Position numbers and translations under genes: made by a program. From an uncultured Syntrophaceae bacterium (lineage in GTDB: Bacteria > Desulfobacterota > BSN033 > UBA1163): 47,378 bases of DNA. Under the pieces are notes generated by a model. The model was given only the letters and a program-made list of their open reading frames with translations, had not been told where the DNA came from and did not search any database. Location of the stretch: assembly GCA_964393245.1 (NCBI GenBank), contig CAYMTD010000001.1:1-47378 (forward strand), written 5' to 3'. Shown here in pieces: positions 17,088 to 25,750 of this stretch; position 1 is the first letter of the stretch; each line of letters begins with the position of its first letter.

Positions 17088-17552
17088 GTGATGGAGGAAG
17101 AACTTCTGAATCAAATAAATATACGGCCCTTGACCCTTGATGACCTGGATGCGATCGTTGAAATCGATCACAAGGTTTTAGGGAGACCGCGGCAGGATTT
17201 CTGGAAGAGGAGAGTGGAATTCATCAGCGTTGTTCAATATCCCCGTTCCTGTCTGGTCGCCGATTTGGAAGGGAAAGTGATCGGATTCATCTTGGGTGAG
17301 GTGAGCGGCTGGGAATTTGGGGTCCCGGATACGATTGGCTGGATCAGCACCATTGGGGTCGATCCAGCCTATCAGCATCGGGGAGTTGCCAGGAGATTAG
17401 GTGAGGAATTTATCAAGAATGTGAAGGCCATTGGTGTGAGCGTCGTCTATACTTTGGTGAATTGGAGTGATTGGGACCTCCTCAAGTTTTTCCGTGCCAT
17501 GGGCTTTGACCGGGGAGGGGACATGATCAATCTCGAATTGAAGATTGAATAA
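17088..17552 (+). CDS. GNAT-family N-acetyltransferase
   Basis: 154 aa. IGVDPAYQHRGVARRLGEEF is the acetyl-CoA-binding motif A (Q/RxxGxG/A) of GNATs. Confidence 0.75.
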   Translation: MMEEELLNQINIRPLTLDDLDAIVEIDHKVLGRPRQDFWKRRVEFISVVQYPRSCLVADLEGKVIGFILGEVSGWEFGVPDTIGWISTIGVDPAYQHRGVARRLGEEFIKNVKAIGVSVVYTLVNWSDWDLLKFFRAMGFDRGGDMINLELKIE

Positions 17553-17717
17553 GAAAAGAGGATCGCCCCGACGGGGCTTAAGGAGCGGAGATGATCTCCT
17601 TCAGGAGCGTCGTGCTTCGCAGAACTTAAGGGTTGAGAATAAAGGATTTCACCTCTAACCTCGAGCGGTGCGGTGCCCAAGCGAAGCGGTCCTCCTGCTG
17701 AACGAAAGGAGAAGGAG

Positions 17718-18473
17718 ATGGGTCGATTGGAGGGTAAGGCTGCCGTTGTTACAGGTGGCGGAAGGGGAATCGGAAGGGCGATCTGCGCTGCATTTGCCAA
17801 GGAGGGGGCTGATGTCATCGTCAACTATGCCTCCAAGGATCAGGCTGCTCAAGAAGTGGTCGGAATGATTCAAGAGATGGGTCGAAAGGCGATCGCGGTC
17901 AAGGGCAACGTGGCCATCAAAGCGGATGTCGAGAGAATCATCCAGTCGGCCATTGAAAATTTTGGAAAGATTGACATCCTGGTGAATAATGCAGGCGTTT
18001 CGAAACCAAATATGCTCTATAAGATGACCGAGGAACAGTGGGATGAGGTGATCGATATCCAACTTAAAGGACCCTTCCTCTGCACCCAGGTGGCTTCTAA
18101 GTATATGATGGAACGAAAGAGTGGAAAGATTATTAATGTGACCTCTTCTGCTGGATTATGGGGGACAAAAGGACAGATCAATTACAGTGCGGCAAAAGGA
18201 GGAATTGTTGCACTAACCAAGTCGGCCGCAAGGGAATTGGCAGGTTATGGGATTACAGTGAATGTCGTCCAGCCAGGATATGTGAGCACCGAGATGACCG
18301 AGAAGATTCGGACAGATCCTAAGCTAAGAGAGATCTATACGGGGAGGATCCTGCTCGGTCGATTTGCGGAGCCAGAAGAAGTAGCCCACACTTTTGTTTT
18401 CTTGGCATCGGACGAATCGAACTATATCACCGGGCAACTTATTTGTGTGGATGGCGGGCTCGGAATGACCTGA
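17718..18473 (+). CDS. short-chain dehydrogenase/reductase (FabG-like)
   Basis: TGGGRGIG, NNAG, and YSAAK catalytic motif. ATG 17718 after GAAGGAG is preferred over the longer ORF. Confidence 0.85.
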   Translation: MGRLEGKAAVVTGGGRGIGRAICAAFAKEGADVIVNYASKDQAAQEVVGMIQEMGRKAIAVKGNVAIKADVERIIQSAIENFGKIDILVNNAGVSKPNMLYKMTEEQWDEVIDIQLKGPFLCTQVASKYMMERKSGKIINVTSSAGLWGTKGQINYSAAKGGIVALTKSAARELAGYGITVNVVQPGYVSTEMTEKIRTDPKLREIYTGRILLGRFAEPEEVAHTFVFLASDESNYITGQLICVDGGLGMT

Positions 18474-18480
18474 TTAATTG

Positions 18481-18585
18481 CAGATTGCGGATTGCGGAGT
18501 GGCGAATTTCAGGGCTAAAGCCCTGAGTTACGTAACTCAGCCCTTTAGGGCTGAATTCCGCATTCCGAAATCCGAATTCCAAAAT
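18481..18585. repeat. long imperfect palindromic repeat
   Basis: Arms GCGGATTGCGGAGTGGCGAATTTCAGGGC / GCTGAATTCCGCATTCCGAAATCCG around the centre AGTTACGTAACT. Inner hairpins CAGGGCTAAAGCCCTG and CAGCCCTTTAGGGCTG. Confidence 0.65.
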
Positions 18586-18605
18586 AAGAAAAGGGGGTGA
18601 AATGT

Positions 18606-19718
18606 ATGGCAACAATACCTGAAAAGATTGAAACGTGGCAAATGGTTCAGCCAACCGCCAAAAATAAGGACACAGGAGAGGTCATCCCTGGGAAGTTAGC
18701 GAGGGCCTCCATTCCGGTTCCAACCTTAGGACCGGGAGATGTCTTAGTGAAGGTGGCGGGGTGCGGTGTCTGCCACACCGACTTGGGTTACTTTTACGAT
18801 GGAGTGCCCACCGTGTCGAAACCACCCTTAACCCTTGGCCATGAGATCAGCGGGACCGTCGTTGCCGGGGATGAGAAATGGATTGGAAAGGAGGTTATTA
18901 TCCCTGCGGTGATGCCCTGCCGGCAATGCCTGCTTTGCAAAACGGGAAGGGGAAATCGCTGTCTGGCCCAGAAGATGCCCGGGAACAGTTTAGGGGCCTA
19001 TGGCGGTTTTTCCAGCCACATTCCTGTGCCTTCCATCGATCTCTGCGAGGTCAGAAACCGTGGAAATATTCCATTGGAGCACCTGGCAGTAGTTGCGGAC
19101 GCGGTGACGACACCCTTCCAGGCGGCAAGGAGGGCAGACCTTCAGCCTGGAGATAATGTCATCATCATCGGCGTCACCGGAGGTGTCGGGGTTTACATGG
19201 CTCAGACAGCAAAGGCCTTGGGCGCAAAGACGGTGATTGGGATCGCAAGAAATCCTGAAAAATTACAAAGGGCCTTGAAATACGGAGCCGATTTTGTAAT
19301 CAGCTCACAAGACAAACAGATCAAGGACATCCGTAATGAGTTTCGAGATATCTGCAAGAAGAACGGTCTGGAGGCTGGGTTCGGTTGGAAGATTTTTGAG
19401 GTCACGGGGACGAAGGCGGGACAGGACATTGCGCTGGAACTGCTCTCTTTCACGGGAAAGCTTGTCCTCATCGGATTTGGGATGGCCAAGAATGAGTATA
19501 GCATCTCTCGGCTTATGGCGTTTGACGCCGAGATGATCGGCACCTGGGGATGTCTGCCCGAATATTATCCGATCGTGCTGGATATGGTCCTGTCGAAGAG
19601 GATCGATATCGCTCCTTTCGTGGAGACAAGACCGATGAGCCAAATTGCTTCGGTTTTCGACGAAGTCCATAAAGCGGGTTCTCCGGCGAAGAGAATGGTT
19701 CTGACACCTGATTTTTAG
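18606..19718 (+). CDS. had: Zn-dependent alcohol dehydrogenase family; likely 6-hydroxycyclohex-1-ene-1-carbonyl-CoA dehydrogenase (Had/BamQ)
   Basis: GCGVCHTDLGYFYDGV...LTLGHEISG Zn-ADH motifs and a second Zn site CRQCLLCKTGRGNRC. Sits immediately upstream of oah/bamA. ATG 18606 after AAGGGGGTGA is preferred. Confidence 0.7.
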   Translation: MATIPEKIETWQMVQPTAKNKDTGEVIPGKLARASIPVPTLGPGDVLVKVAGCGVCHTDLGYFYDGVPTVSKPPLTLGHEISGTVVAGDEKWIGKEVIIPAVMPCRQCLLCKTGRGNRCLAQKMPGNSLGAYGGFSSHIPVPSIDLCEVRNRGNIPLEHLAVVADAVTTPFQAARRADLQPGDNVIIIGVTGGVGVYMAQTAKALGAKTVIGIARNPEKLQRALKYGADFVISSQDKQIKDIRNEFRDICKKNGLEAGFGWKIFEVTGTKAGQDIALELLSFTGKLVLIGFGMAKNEYSISRLMAFDAEMIGTWGCLPEYYPIVLDMVLSKRIDIAPFVETRPMSQIASVFDEVHKAGSPAKRMVLTPDF

Positions 19719-19808
19719 GCATAAAATCCCCCTTTCTCCCCCCCTTTGCCAAAGGGGGGGGTGGGGGGGTTAGGATGTCAATTTTAAAAATAGAAAGGAG
19801 GAATGTTT

Positions 19809-20957
19809 ATGGCATTAGAGTGGATGCCGAGGGAACATGAAATTAAATTTCACGATCGTCATAGCAAAGAGCATTGGGGGACAGAGGCGCCGTGTGTGGT
19901 CTATGAGAAAAAGCCTTTGAAGGATCCAAAGGGCAATGTCATTCAGGGCCTCTATAATGTCTGGATCAGACTCAATAACCCTGCTCAGTACAACTCCTAT
20001 ACGACGGAGATGGTGAAGGGTGTTATCGCTGGTATGGAGAATGCGTCCACGGATCGCTCGATTGTGGCCGTTGTATTTACCGGCACTGGCCCTTACGCTT
20101 TCTGTACGGGCGGAAATACCAAAGAGTATTCAGAGTATTACAGTATGCGGCCGGAGGAGTATGGGGCTTACATGGAGCTTTTCAATAACATGGTTGATGC
20201 CATCCTCATGTGTAAGAAACCTGTGATCTGCCGCGTCAATGGGATGAGGGTGGCTGGAGGACAGGAAATCGGGACGGCCTGTGACCTCTCGATTGCCTCA
20301 GACCTTGCGATTTTTGGACAGGCTGGTCCCCGCCATGGGTCAGCCCCTGTGGGCGGTGCCTCTGACTTCCTTCCCTGGTACCTGAGCATCGAAGATGCGA
20401 TGTGGAGCTGCATCAGCTGTGAGATGTGGTCTGCCTACAAAATGTGGCGAAAGGGACTCATCACAAGGTGCGTTCCTGTTCTCAAGGATGATAAGGGCAA
20501 ATGGGTACGCAACCCACAGATTATTACAGATGATTACGTGAAGGACGGTGAGTTGGTATACGGTGAGTTCAAGACAGGCGACGAATTCAAGCAGGCACGA
20601 GAGTGGGTGAACAATAAACTTAAGAATAATGAGTTCGATTTCTCCCTGCTTGACGCCGAAGTGGAGAAGATCTGCTGGACCTTTGCAAATCTCTTCCCCG
20701 GCTGTCTGATGATGTCCATCGACGGCATCCGAAATAAGAAGAAGTTTTTCTGGGATCAAATGAAGAACCCGAACAGACACTGGCTCGCAGCAAATATGAT
20801 GGGAGAAGCCTTCCTTGGGTTCGGTGCCTTCAATACGAAGAAGATCACGGGTGTGGATACGATCGACTTCATCAAGTATCGCCAGAATATTGCCGAAGGC
20901 AAACTCGTGGATGAGAAATTCTTTGAGGAAGTGCTGGGAAAACCTCAGAAGAAGTAA
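19809..20957 (+). CDS. bamA: 6-oxocyclohex-1-ene-1-carbonyl-CoA hydrolase (ring-opening enzyme Oah/BamA)
   Basis: LEWMPREHE N-terminus, QYNSYTT, FCTGGNTKEYSEYY, VNGMRVAGGQEIG, FGQAGPRHGSAPVGGASDFLP. These are blocks I recall from Oah/BamA. About 380 aa, crotonase-like. Confidence 0.88.
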   Translation: MALEWMPREHEIKFHDRHSKEHWGTEAPCVVYEKKPLKDPKGNVIQGLYNVWIRLNNPAQYNSYTTEMVKGVIAGMENASTDRSIVAVVFTGTGPYAFCTGGNTKEYSEYYSMRPEEYGAYMELFNNMVDAILMCKKPVICRVNGMRVAGGQEIGTACDLSIASDLAIFGQAGPRHGSAPVGGASDFLPWYLSIEDAMWSCISCEMWSAYKMWRKGLITRCVPVLKDDKGKWVRNPQIITDDYVKDGELVYGEFKTGDEFKQAREWVNNKLKNNEFDFSLLDAEVEKICWTFANLFPGCLMMSIDGIRNKKKFFWDQMKNPNRHWLAANMMGEAFLGFGAFNTKKITGVDTIDFIKYRQNIAEGKLVDEKFFEEVLGKPQKK

Positions 20958-21076
20958 GGATTTTGATTGAATGATTCAAAAAACATTACACCCTTTGGGC
21001 TTGATAATATTTCCTTGCCCAAAGGGTGTTTTTTCCCTGAACCATGTGGGGTCCAGGGCGACGGGAGGTGAGACCA

Positions 21077-21844
21077 ATGGCATACAAACATATTCAGACA
21101 GAACTTAAAGAAGGCGTGGCTGCCCTGACCTTGAACCGGGCTCCACTCAATGTACTGAATATCGAGATGATGGAGGAGATCAATGATTATCTCGAGGGGT
21201 TGAAGAAAGAGAAATCACTGAAGCTCCTGGTCATCCAGGCGGCTGGGAAAGCCTTCTCCGCAGGTGTCGATGTCGGAGAACATCTCGGTGATCTGGTCTA
21301 TAAGATGATTGAGGTCTTCCACAAAATGTTTCGATTGATGGACGCCCTGGAGGTCCCCTCCATTGCTGTCGTAAACGGTTCTGCCTTGGGAGGAGGATGC
21401 GAACTGGCTCTCTACTGCGATATGGTGATTGCGACTGACAAATCGAAATTTGGACAACCCGAAATACAGGTCGGAGTCTTCCCTCCGATCGCCGCCCTGA
21501 TCTTCCCGAGAATGATCGGACGGAAGAAGGCCATGGAGTTGATTCTTTCAGGAGATATCATCAGTGCCCAGGAAGCCCTCTCCATGGGTTTGATCAACAA
21601 GGTGGTTCCGGAGGCTTCCCTTGCCGATGAGGTCAATGGATTTATTGGAAAGTTTAAGAAATTAAGTAGGATCGTTTTGAAATTGGCGAAAGAGGCGACG
21701 CTCGCAGGTCTCAATGATGATGTGGATAAAGGCCTTAAGACGATTGAAAAAATCTACTTGGATCGGCTCATGAAGACGGGCGATGCTATGGAAGGCCTCA
21801 AGGCCTTTTTGGAGAAGCGAAAACCCAACTGGAAAGATATTTGA
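21077..21844 (+). CDS. dch: enoyl-CoA hydratase (crotonase); likely cyclohexa-1,5-diene-1-carbonyl-CoA hydratase (Dch/BamR)
   Basis: 255 aa crotonase fold (FSAGVDV, NGSALGGGCELAL, FGQPEIQVG). Gene context had-oah-dch. SD GGGAGGTGA before the ATG. Confidence 0.65.
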   Translation: MAYKHIQTELKEGVAALTLNRAPLNVLNIEMMEEINDYLEGLKKEKSLKLLVIQAAGKAFSAGVDVGEHLGDLVYKMIEVFHKMFRLMDALEVPSIAVVNGSALGGGCELALYCDMVIATDKSKFGQPEIQVGVFPPIAALIFPRMIGRKKAMELILSGDIISAQEALSMGLINKVVPEASLADEVNGFIGKFKKLSRIVLKLAKEATLAGLNDDVDKGLKTIEKIYLDRLMKTGDAMEGLKAFLEKRKPNWKDI

Positions 21845-21850
21845 AATCGC

Positions 21851-21875
21851 AGGGGAGGCTCTTGCAGCCTCCCCT
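21851..21875 (+). terminator. stem-loop after dch
   Basis: Perfect 10-bp stem AGGGGAGGCT / AGCCTCCCCT with a 5-nt loop. The T-run is not immediately adjacent. Confidence 0.4.
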
Positions 21876-21910
21876 CTGTCCCCTCTTTCCACCAACCTCT
21901 TTTTTTCTAC

Positions 21911-21939
21911 TTGACATGGGAAATAGTAAAAATTAATAC
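21911..21939 (+). promoter_or_regulatory. candidate promoter for the CoA-ligase gene
   Basis: TTGACA (21911-21916), 17-nt spacer, TAATAC (21934-21939). Confidence 0.4.
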
Positions 21940-21990
21940 TATATTTACCTCCATTCCCATAAGACATTTCTTCATTTGCTGGGGAAAAAG

Positions 21991-23667
21991 ATGGCGCTCG
22001 AAGGGACCAATCCTTTTCCAAAGGAGCTCGTTGAGCTTTACTCCAAGAACAAGTGGTGGTCGGGGCTGACCCTGGGTGAGATGCTCGACCGGACCTGTGA
22101 CCTCTACCCGAATAAAGAGGCCCTGGTTGCGGGTGATGTGAGGCTGACCTACCACGAACTAAAGGAGTGGACAGACCGAGCGGCCATCGCGTTTATCGAG
22201 CTGGGTCTCAGGAAACTCGACCGGATACTCCTCCAGATTCCGAACTGGGCGGAATTCGTTTACGCCTATTATGGCCTCCATAAAATGGGTGCTATCCCCG
22301 TCATGTGCATTCCGCGGTTCTCTGAGAGGGAGATTGAGCATTTCTGCCAAACAACGGAGGCCAAAGCCTGGATTGTTCCTCTTCGGTTTGAAAAGATGGA
22401 TTACAGGCCAATGGTTGAAGCCATTCGCTCACGCTCCTCTTTCTTGAAGCACTTTCTCGTGATAGCTCCCTCCGAGGGGAAGGTAGGGCCCTTGCCTGAA
22501 GGAACGCTCTCCTTTTTGGAGCTTTTGAGGGGGGTGGATCTGGACAGGTATCCGCGGAATCATCTTCTGTCCGTTCGGCCAGATCCAAACGAGGTCTGCC
22601 ATCTCATGCCAACAGGTGGAACCACTGGCCTTCCAAAGATCGTTCCAAGGACCCATAATGACTGGATCTGCAACGTCGAACATCGGGCAAAGGCTTGGCA
22701 GCGAAGCCCCCATGACATCACGCTCATCGCCACACCCATTACGCATAACATGGCGATTGAGGTTTCACTGAATCCATCCTTCCTGACAGGGGGGAAGGTG
22801 GTGATGATTCCCTCGACGCAACCCAGAGATATTCTGGAGGCAATCGAGAAGGAGAAAGTGACAACGACCATCCTCGCCGTCGCTCAGGTGCAACAGATGG
22901 TCGATGACCCGGAGCTTGATCGATACGATCTTTCCTCGCTCAAGGTGATTGCCACCGGGGGCTCCCCCATGCCCCCTGATACGATTCGAAAGGTCTATAG
23001 CAGGCTGAAATGCAAATTCTACAATGTCTACGGAAGTTCGGAGGGTCCTTGCGCCCAAACGCGATGGGAAGATCCGGAAGAGGTAGTGCTTCATACGGTG
23101 GGATGGCCGATCTGTCCCTACGATGATTTCAAAGTAATTGATGGGAGTGGTCAGCCCCTCCCGGCGGGGGAGGAGGGCGAGTTAGTGGCCAGGGGCCCTT
23201 GCATCTTTCGGGGCTACTATAAATCGGGAGCGGAGAATCGCGAGGCATTTACGGCCGATGGCTTTTACCGAACGGGCGATCTTGCAAAATTTGACAGAGA
23301 GGGACGCCTGATTCTGACCGGGCGAAGAAAAGATATCATCATTCGGGGCGGCGAAAATATCAGCGCCAAGGAGGTGGAGGAACTGCTCAGCAGCCACCCC
23401 AAGGTGGCACAGGTGGCGGCCGTCGGGATGCCTGATCGCATGCTTGGAGAAAGGGTCTGTGTTTTTATAAAGCCTAAGGGGGACGCGAAGGTCTCTCTTG
23501 AAGAGATCGTCGCCTGCCTGAAGGAGAGAAAGGCCTCCGTTCTATATTTCCCTGAGCGGGTCGAGATCCTCGAGGAGATACCTTTCACTCCTGTGGGAAA
23601 GGTGGATAAGAAACGCTTGAGGGAGGTGATTAGGGAGAGACTGAGGGAAGAGGGCAAGATTGAGTAG
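21991..23667 (+). CDS. AMP-dependent acyl/aryl-CoA ligase (aryl-acid-activating, DhbE/EntE-like N-terminus)
   Basis: PTGGTTGLPKIVPRTH (AMP-binding P-loop), YGSSEG, YRTGDL, GRRKDIIIRGGENI motifs. Confidence 0.85.
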   Translation: MALEGTNPFPKELVELYSKNKWWSGLTLGEMLDRTCDLYPNKEALVAGDVRLTYHELKEWTDRAAIAFIELGLRKLDRILLQIPNWAEFVYAYYGLHKMGAIPVMCIPRFSEREIEHFCQTTEAKAWIVPLRFEKMDYRPMVEAIRSRSSFLKHFLVIAPSEGKVGPLPEGTLSFLELLRGVDLDRYPRNHLLSVRPDPNEVCHLMPTGGTTGLPKIVPRTHNDWICNVEHRAKAWQRSPHDITLIATPITHNMAIEVSLNPSFLTGGKVVMIPSTQPRDILEAIEKEKVTTTILAVAQVQQMVDDPELDRYDLSSLKVIATGGSPMPPDTIRKVYSRLKCKFYNVYGSSEGPCAQTRWEDPEEVVLHTVGWPICPYDDFKVIDGSGQPLPAGEEGELVARGPCIFRGYYKSGAENREAFTADGFYRTGDLAKFDREGRLILTGRRKDIIIRGGENISAKEVEELLSSHPKVAQVAAVGMPDRMLGERVCVFIKPKGDAKVSLEEIVACLKERKASVLYFPERVEILEEIPFTPVGKVDKKRLREVIRERLREEGKIE

Positions 23668-23682
23668 GATATCTTGTCAGTC

Positions 23683-24987
23683 CTAATAGGTAATAAAGCT
23701 TGGTAAATAGGTGGCGATGATAGGGAAAATCATAATTATAATTGTACAAACAATCATTGCAGCAATGAAGGGTAGTACACCCTTAAAGATGCTTTGAAGA
23801 GGTACCTCTGGAGCAATCGATTTAATTATAAATACATTTACCCCCTCTGGCGGCGAGATGACTCCCATCTCGGCAATCAAGACTATGATCACTCCAAACC
23901 ATATTGGGTCAAAGCCAAGGCGAATAACGACGGGGAAAAAGATAGGGATGGTAAGCACGATCAGCGCCATGGAATCCATAAAGGTGCCGCCCAAAAAATA
24001 AAAGAAGATTATTGCCCCCATTATAATCTTTGGAGAGAAAGGAAGTGCCGCAACCCAGTCAGCCAATTCAAAGGTTATCCTTGATACCGCCATAAAGTGA
24101 CCAAAGACTGTGGCTCCGGTGATACAGAATATAACCATACAGGATGTCTGTAAGGCATCTTTCACAGCCTCGAAAAATCCTCGCCAGCCGAGCTGCCGTC
24201 TGACTAAGCCGATCAGTAAGGTACCGCAAGCTCCGATCGCCCCAGCCTGAGTGGGGCTGAACCAGCCAAGAAATAACCCACCAATGACGAAAAGGAACAG
24301 AATCAGAGTCTCAATCACCCCCGTCAGTGATCTTATCTTCCCTTTCCAACTCGTTGGAACCCCAGGGGGGGCGATGGCAGGATTGCGCCAGCAGAGAATA
24401 GCTACGGTGATCATCATGAGCAGGGAAAGGAGTATTCCAGGCAATACACCAGCGATGAAAAGTTTACCTATGGACTGTTCAGTCAAAATTCCATAAACGA
24501 GGAAGACAGTGCTTGGTGGGATCATGATACCAAGTGTCCCGGCAGAAGCAACCGAACCCGTGGCTAATGTATCATCGTAATTATACTTCTTCATTTCCGG
24601 AATGGCGATCCTGCCCATTGTAGCCGCCGTGGCCGCCGATGACCCACAGATCGCCCCAAAACCAGCGCAGGCAAGTACTGTAGCCATAATGAGCCCACCG
24701 CGAACATGGCCCACCCAGGCATAAGTGGTATCATAGAGCCTTTTGCCAATTCCCGTTGAGAAGGCAAAGCAACCCATAAGTATAAACATTGGGATACAAC
24801 TCAATGGGTAAGAAGAAAACTGTTCGAAGATATCTCGGGCGAGAATGCTAAATCCGGCCTCAAGGTTAGTCAGATAGGCAAAACCAACAAACCCCACTAT
24901 AGCCATACTGAAAGCCACTGGCACTCTAATAAGAAAAAGAACCATGAGTACAATAGTACCAATAACACCTACCGTAATTTCACTCAT
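23683..24987 (-). CDS. dctM: TRAP transporter large permease (DctM family)
   Basis: 434 aa polytopic membrane protein. 4-nt overlap with the upstream DctQ-like gene. Confidence 0.85.
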   Translation of the reverse strand: MSEITVGVIGTIVLMVLFLIRVPVAFSMAIVGFVGFAYLTNLEAGFSILARDIFEQFSSYPLSCIPMFILMGCFAFSTGIGKRLYDTTYAWVGHVRGGLIMATVLACAGFGAICGSSAATAATMGRIAIPEMKKYNYDDTLATGSVASAGTLGIMIPPSTVFLVYGILTEQSIGKLFIAGVLPGILLSLLMMITVAILCWRNPAIAPPGVPTSWKGKIRSLTGVIETLILFLFVIGGLFLGWFSPTQAGAIGACGTLLIGLVRRQLGWRGFFEAVKDALQTSCMVIFCITGATVFGHFMAVSRITFELADWVAALPFSPKIIMGAIIFFYFLGGTFMDSMALIVLTIPIFFPVVIRLGFDPIWFGVIIVLIAEMGVISPPEGVNVFIIKSIAPEVPLQSIFKGVLPFIAAMIVCTIIIMIFPIIATYLPSFITY

Positions 24988-25493
24988 CCTTTGACCATCC
25001 GAGTTAGAGAGCTAATAAACCTTTGTAAAAACACCAGACAAACCGGGATACTGCCCAGAGCAATAGCATAGGGGAAAGGGAAAAGAACAAAGCGTAATTG
25101 GGACATGCTCCTTTCACCCGCTGTCTGAAATGAATGACCAAGACCATAGAGCTGCCAAACAACGGTAATGAAGAAAGCTAATCCGAGAAGAGAAGCAATG
25201 CTGTCGATAATCCCTTGGATACGCTTTGACAGGCTTGAGATAAAAATGTCTACTTGGATATGACGGCCTAAAATGAGTGATATCGGTAAGGCGAAGGCAA
25301 TGGCTATTAACTGGGAAAATTGGACAACATCAATAGCACCTTGGATTGGGAGGGTAAAAAATTTTGCCAAGAAAACATCAGTGCACGTGGTGAACATCAT
25401 GACCAGAAGCCCTATGACCCCTAACCACTCAAGCCAGCCGCTTAACCGACGATTGAATTTTTCAAATTTGCTTAGCATAGTGGCAAAATTCAA
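24984..25493 (-). CDS. dctQ: TRAP transporter small permease (DctQ family)
   Basis: 169 aa with four predicted TM helices, between the DctP and DctM genes. Confidence 0.75.
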   Translation of the reverse strand: MNFATMLSKFEKFNRRLSGWLEWLGVIGLLVMMFTTCTDVFLAKFFTLPIQGAIDVVQFSQLIAIAFALPISLILGRHIQVDIFISSLSKRIQGIIDSIASLLGLAFFITVVWQLYGLGHSFQTAGERSMSQLRFVLFPFPYAIALGSIPVCLVFLQRFISSLTRMVKG

Positions 25494-25559
25494 CCTTTTA
25501 CAATCTTGGTATTAATTTAGCCCTTTGAAAAATGATAAAAGGGCTGGCAAATAAAGCTT

Positions 25560-25630
25560 GTCATTCCTGCGGAAGCAGGAATCCAGATTTTAGTCTCCAG
25601 GTCCTGGATTCCCGTTTTCACGGGAATGAC
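25560..25630. repeat. hairpin repeat sharing the core of the 135-bp MITE, opposite orientation
   Basis: GTCATTCCTGCGGAAGCAGGAATCCAG...CTGGATTCCCGTTTTCACGGGAATGAC is the reverse complement of the core at 32622-32698, with a different loop and without the TGATG/CATCA termini. Confidence 0.7.
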
Positions 25631-25700
25631 AGAATAATTGAAACAGCAGATAGGTCTTTCTAAGAGCTAAACTGTTACGAATCTTGCTGTATTCCCCAGA

Positions 25701-25730
25701 TTTGGGTGCGGGTTTTACCCCGCACCCAAA
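25701..25730 (-). promoter_or_regulatory. intercistronic stem-loop just downstream of dctP
   Basis: 12-bp perfect arms TTTGGGTGCGGG / CCCGCACCCAAA with a short intervening loop. 21 nt after the dctP stop and before dctQ. Confidence 0.5.
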
Positions 25731-25750
25731 TTCAGGGGTTGGAAAAAAGA

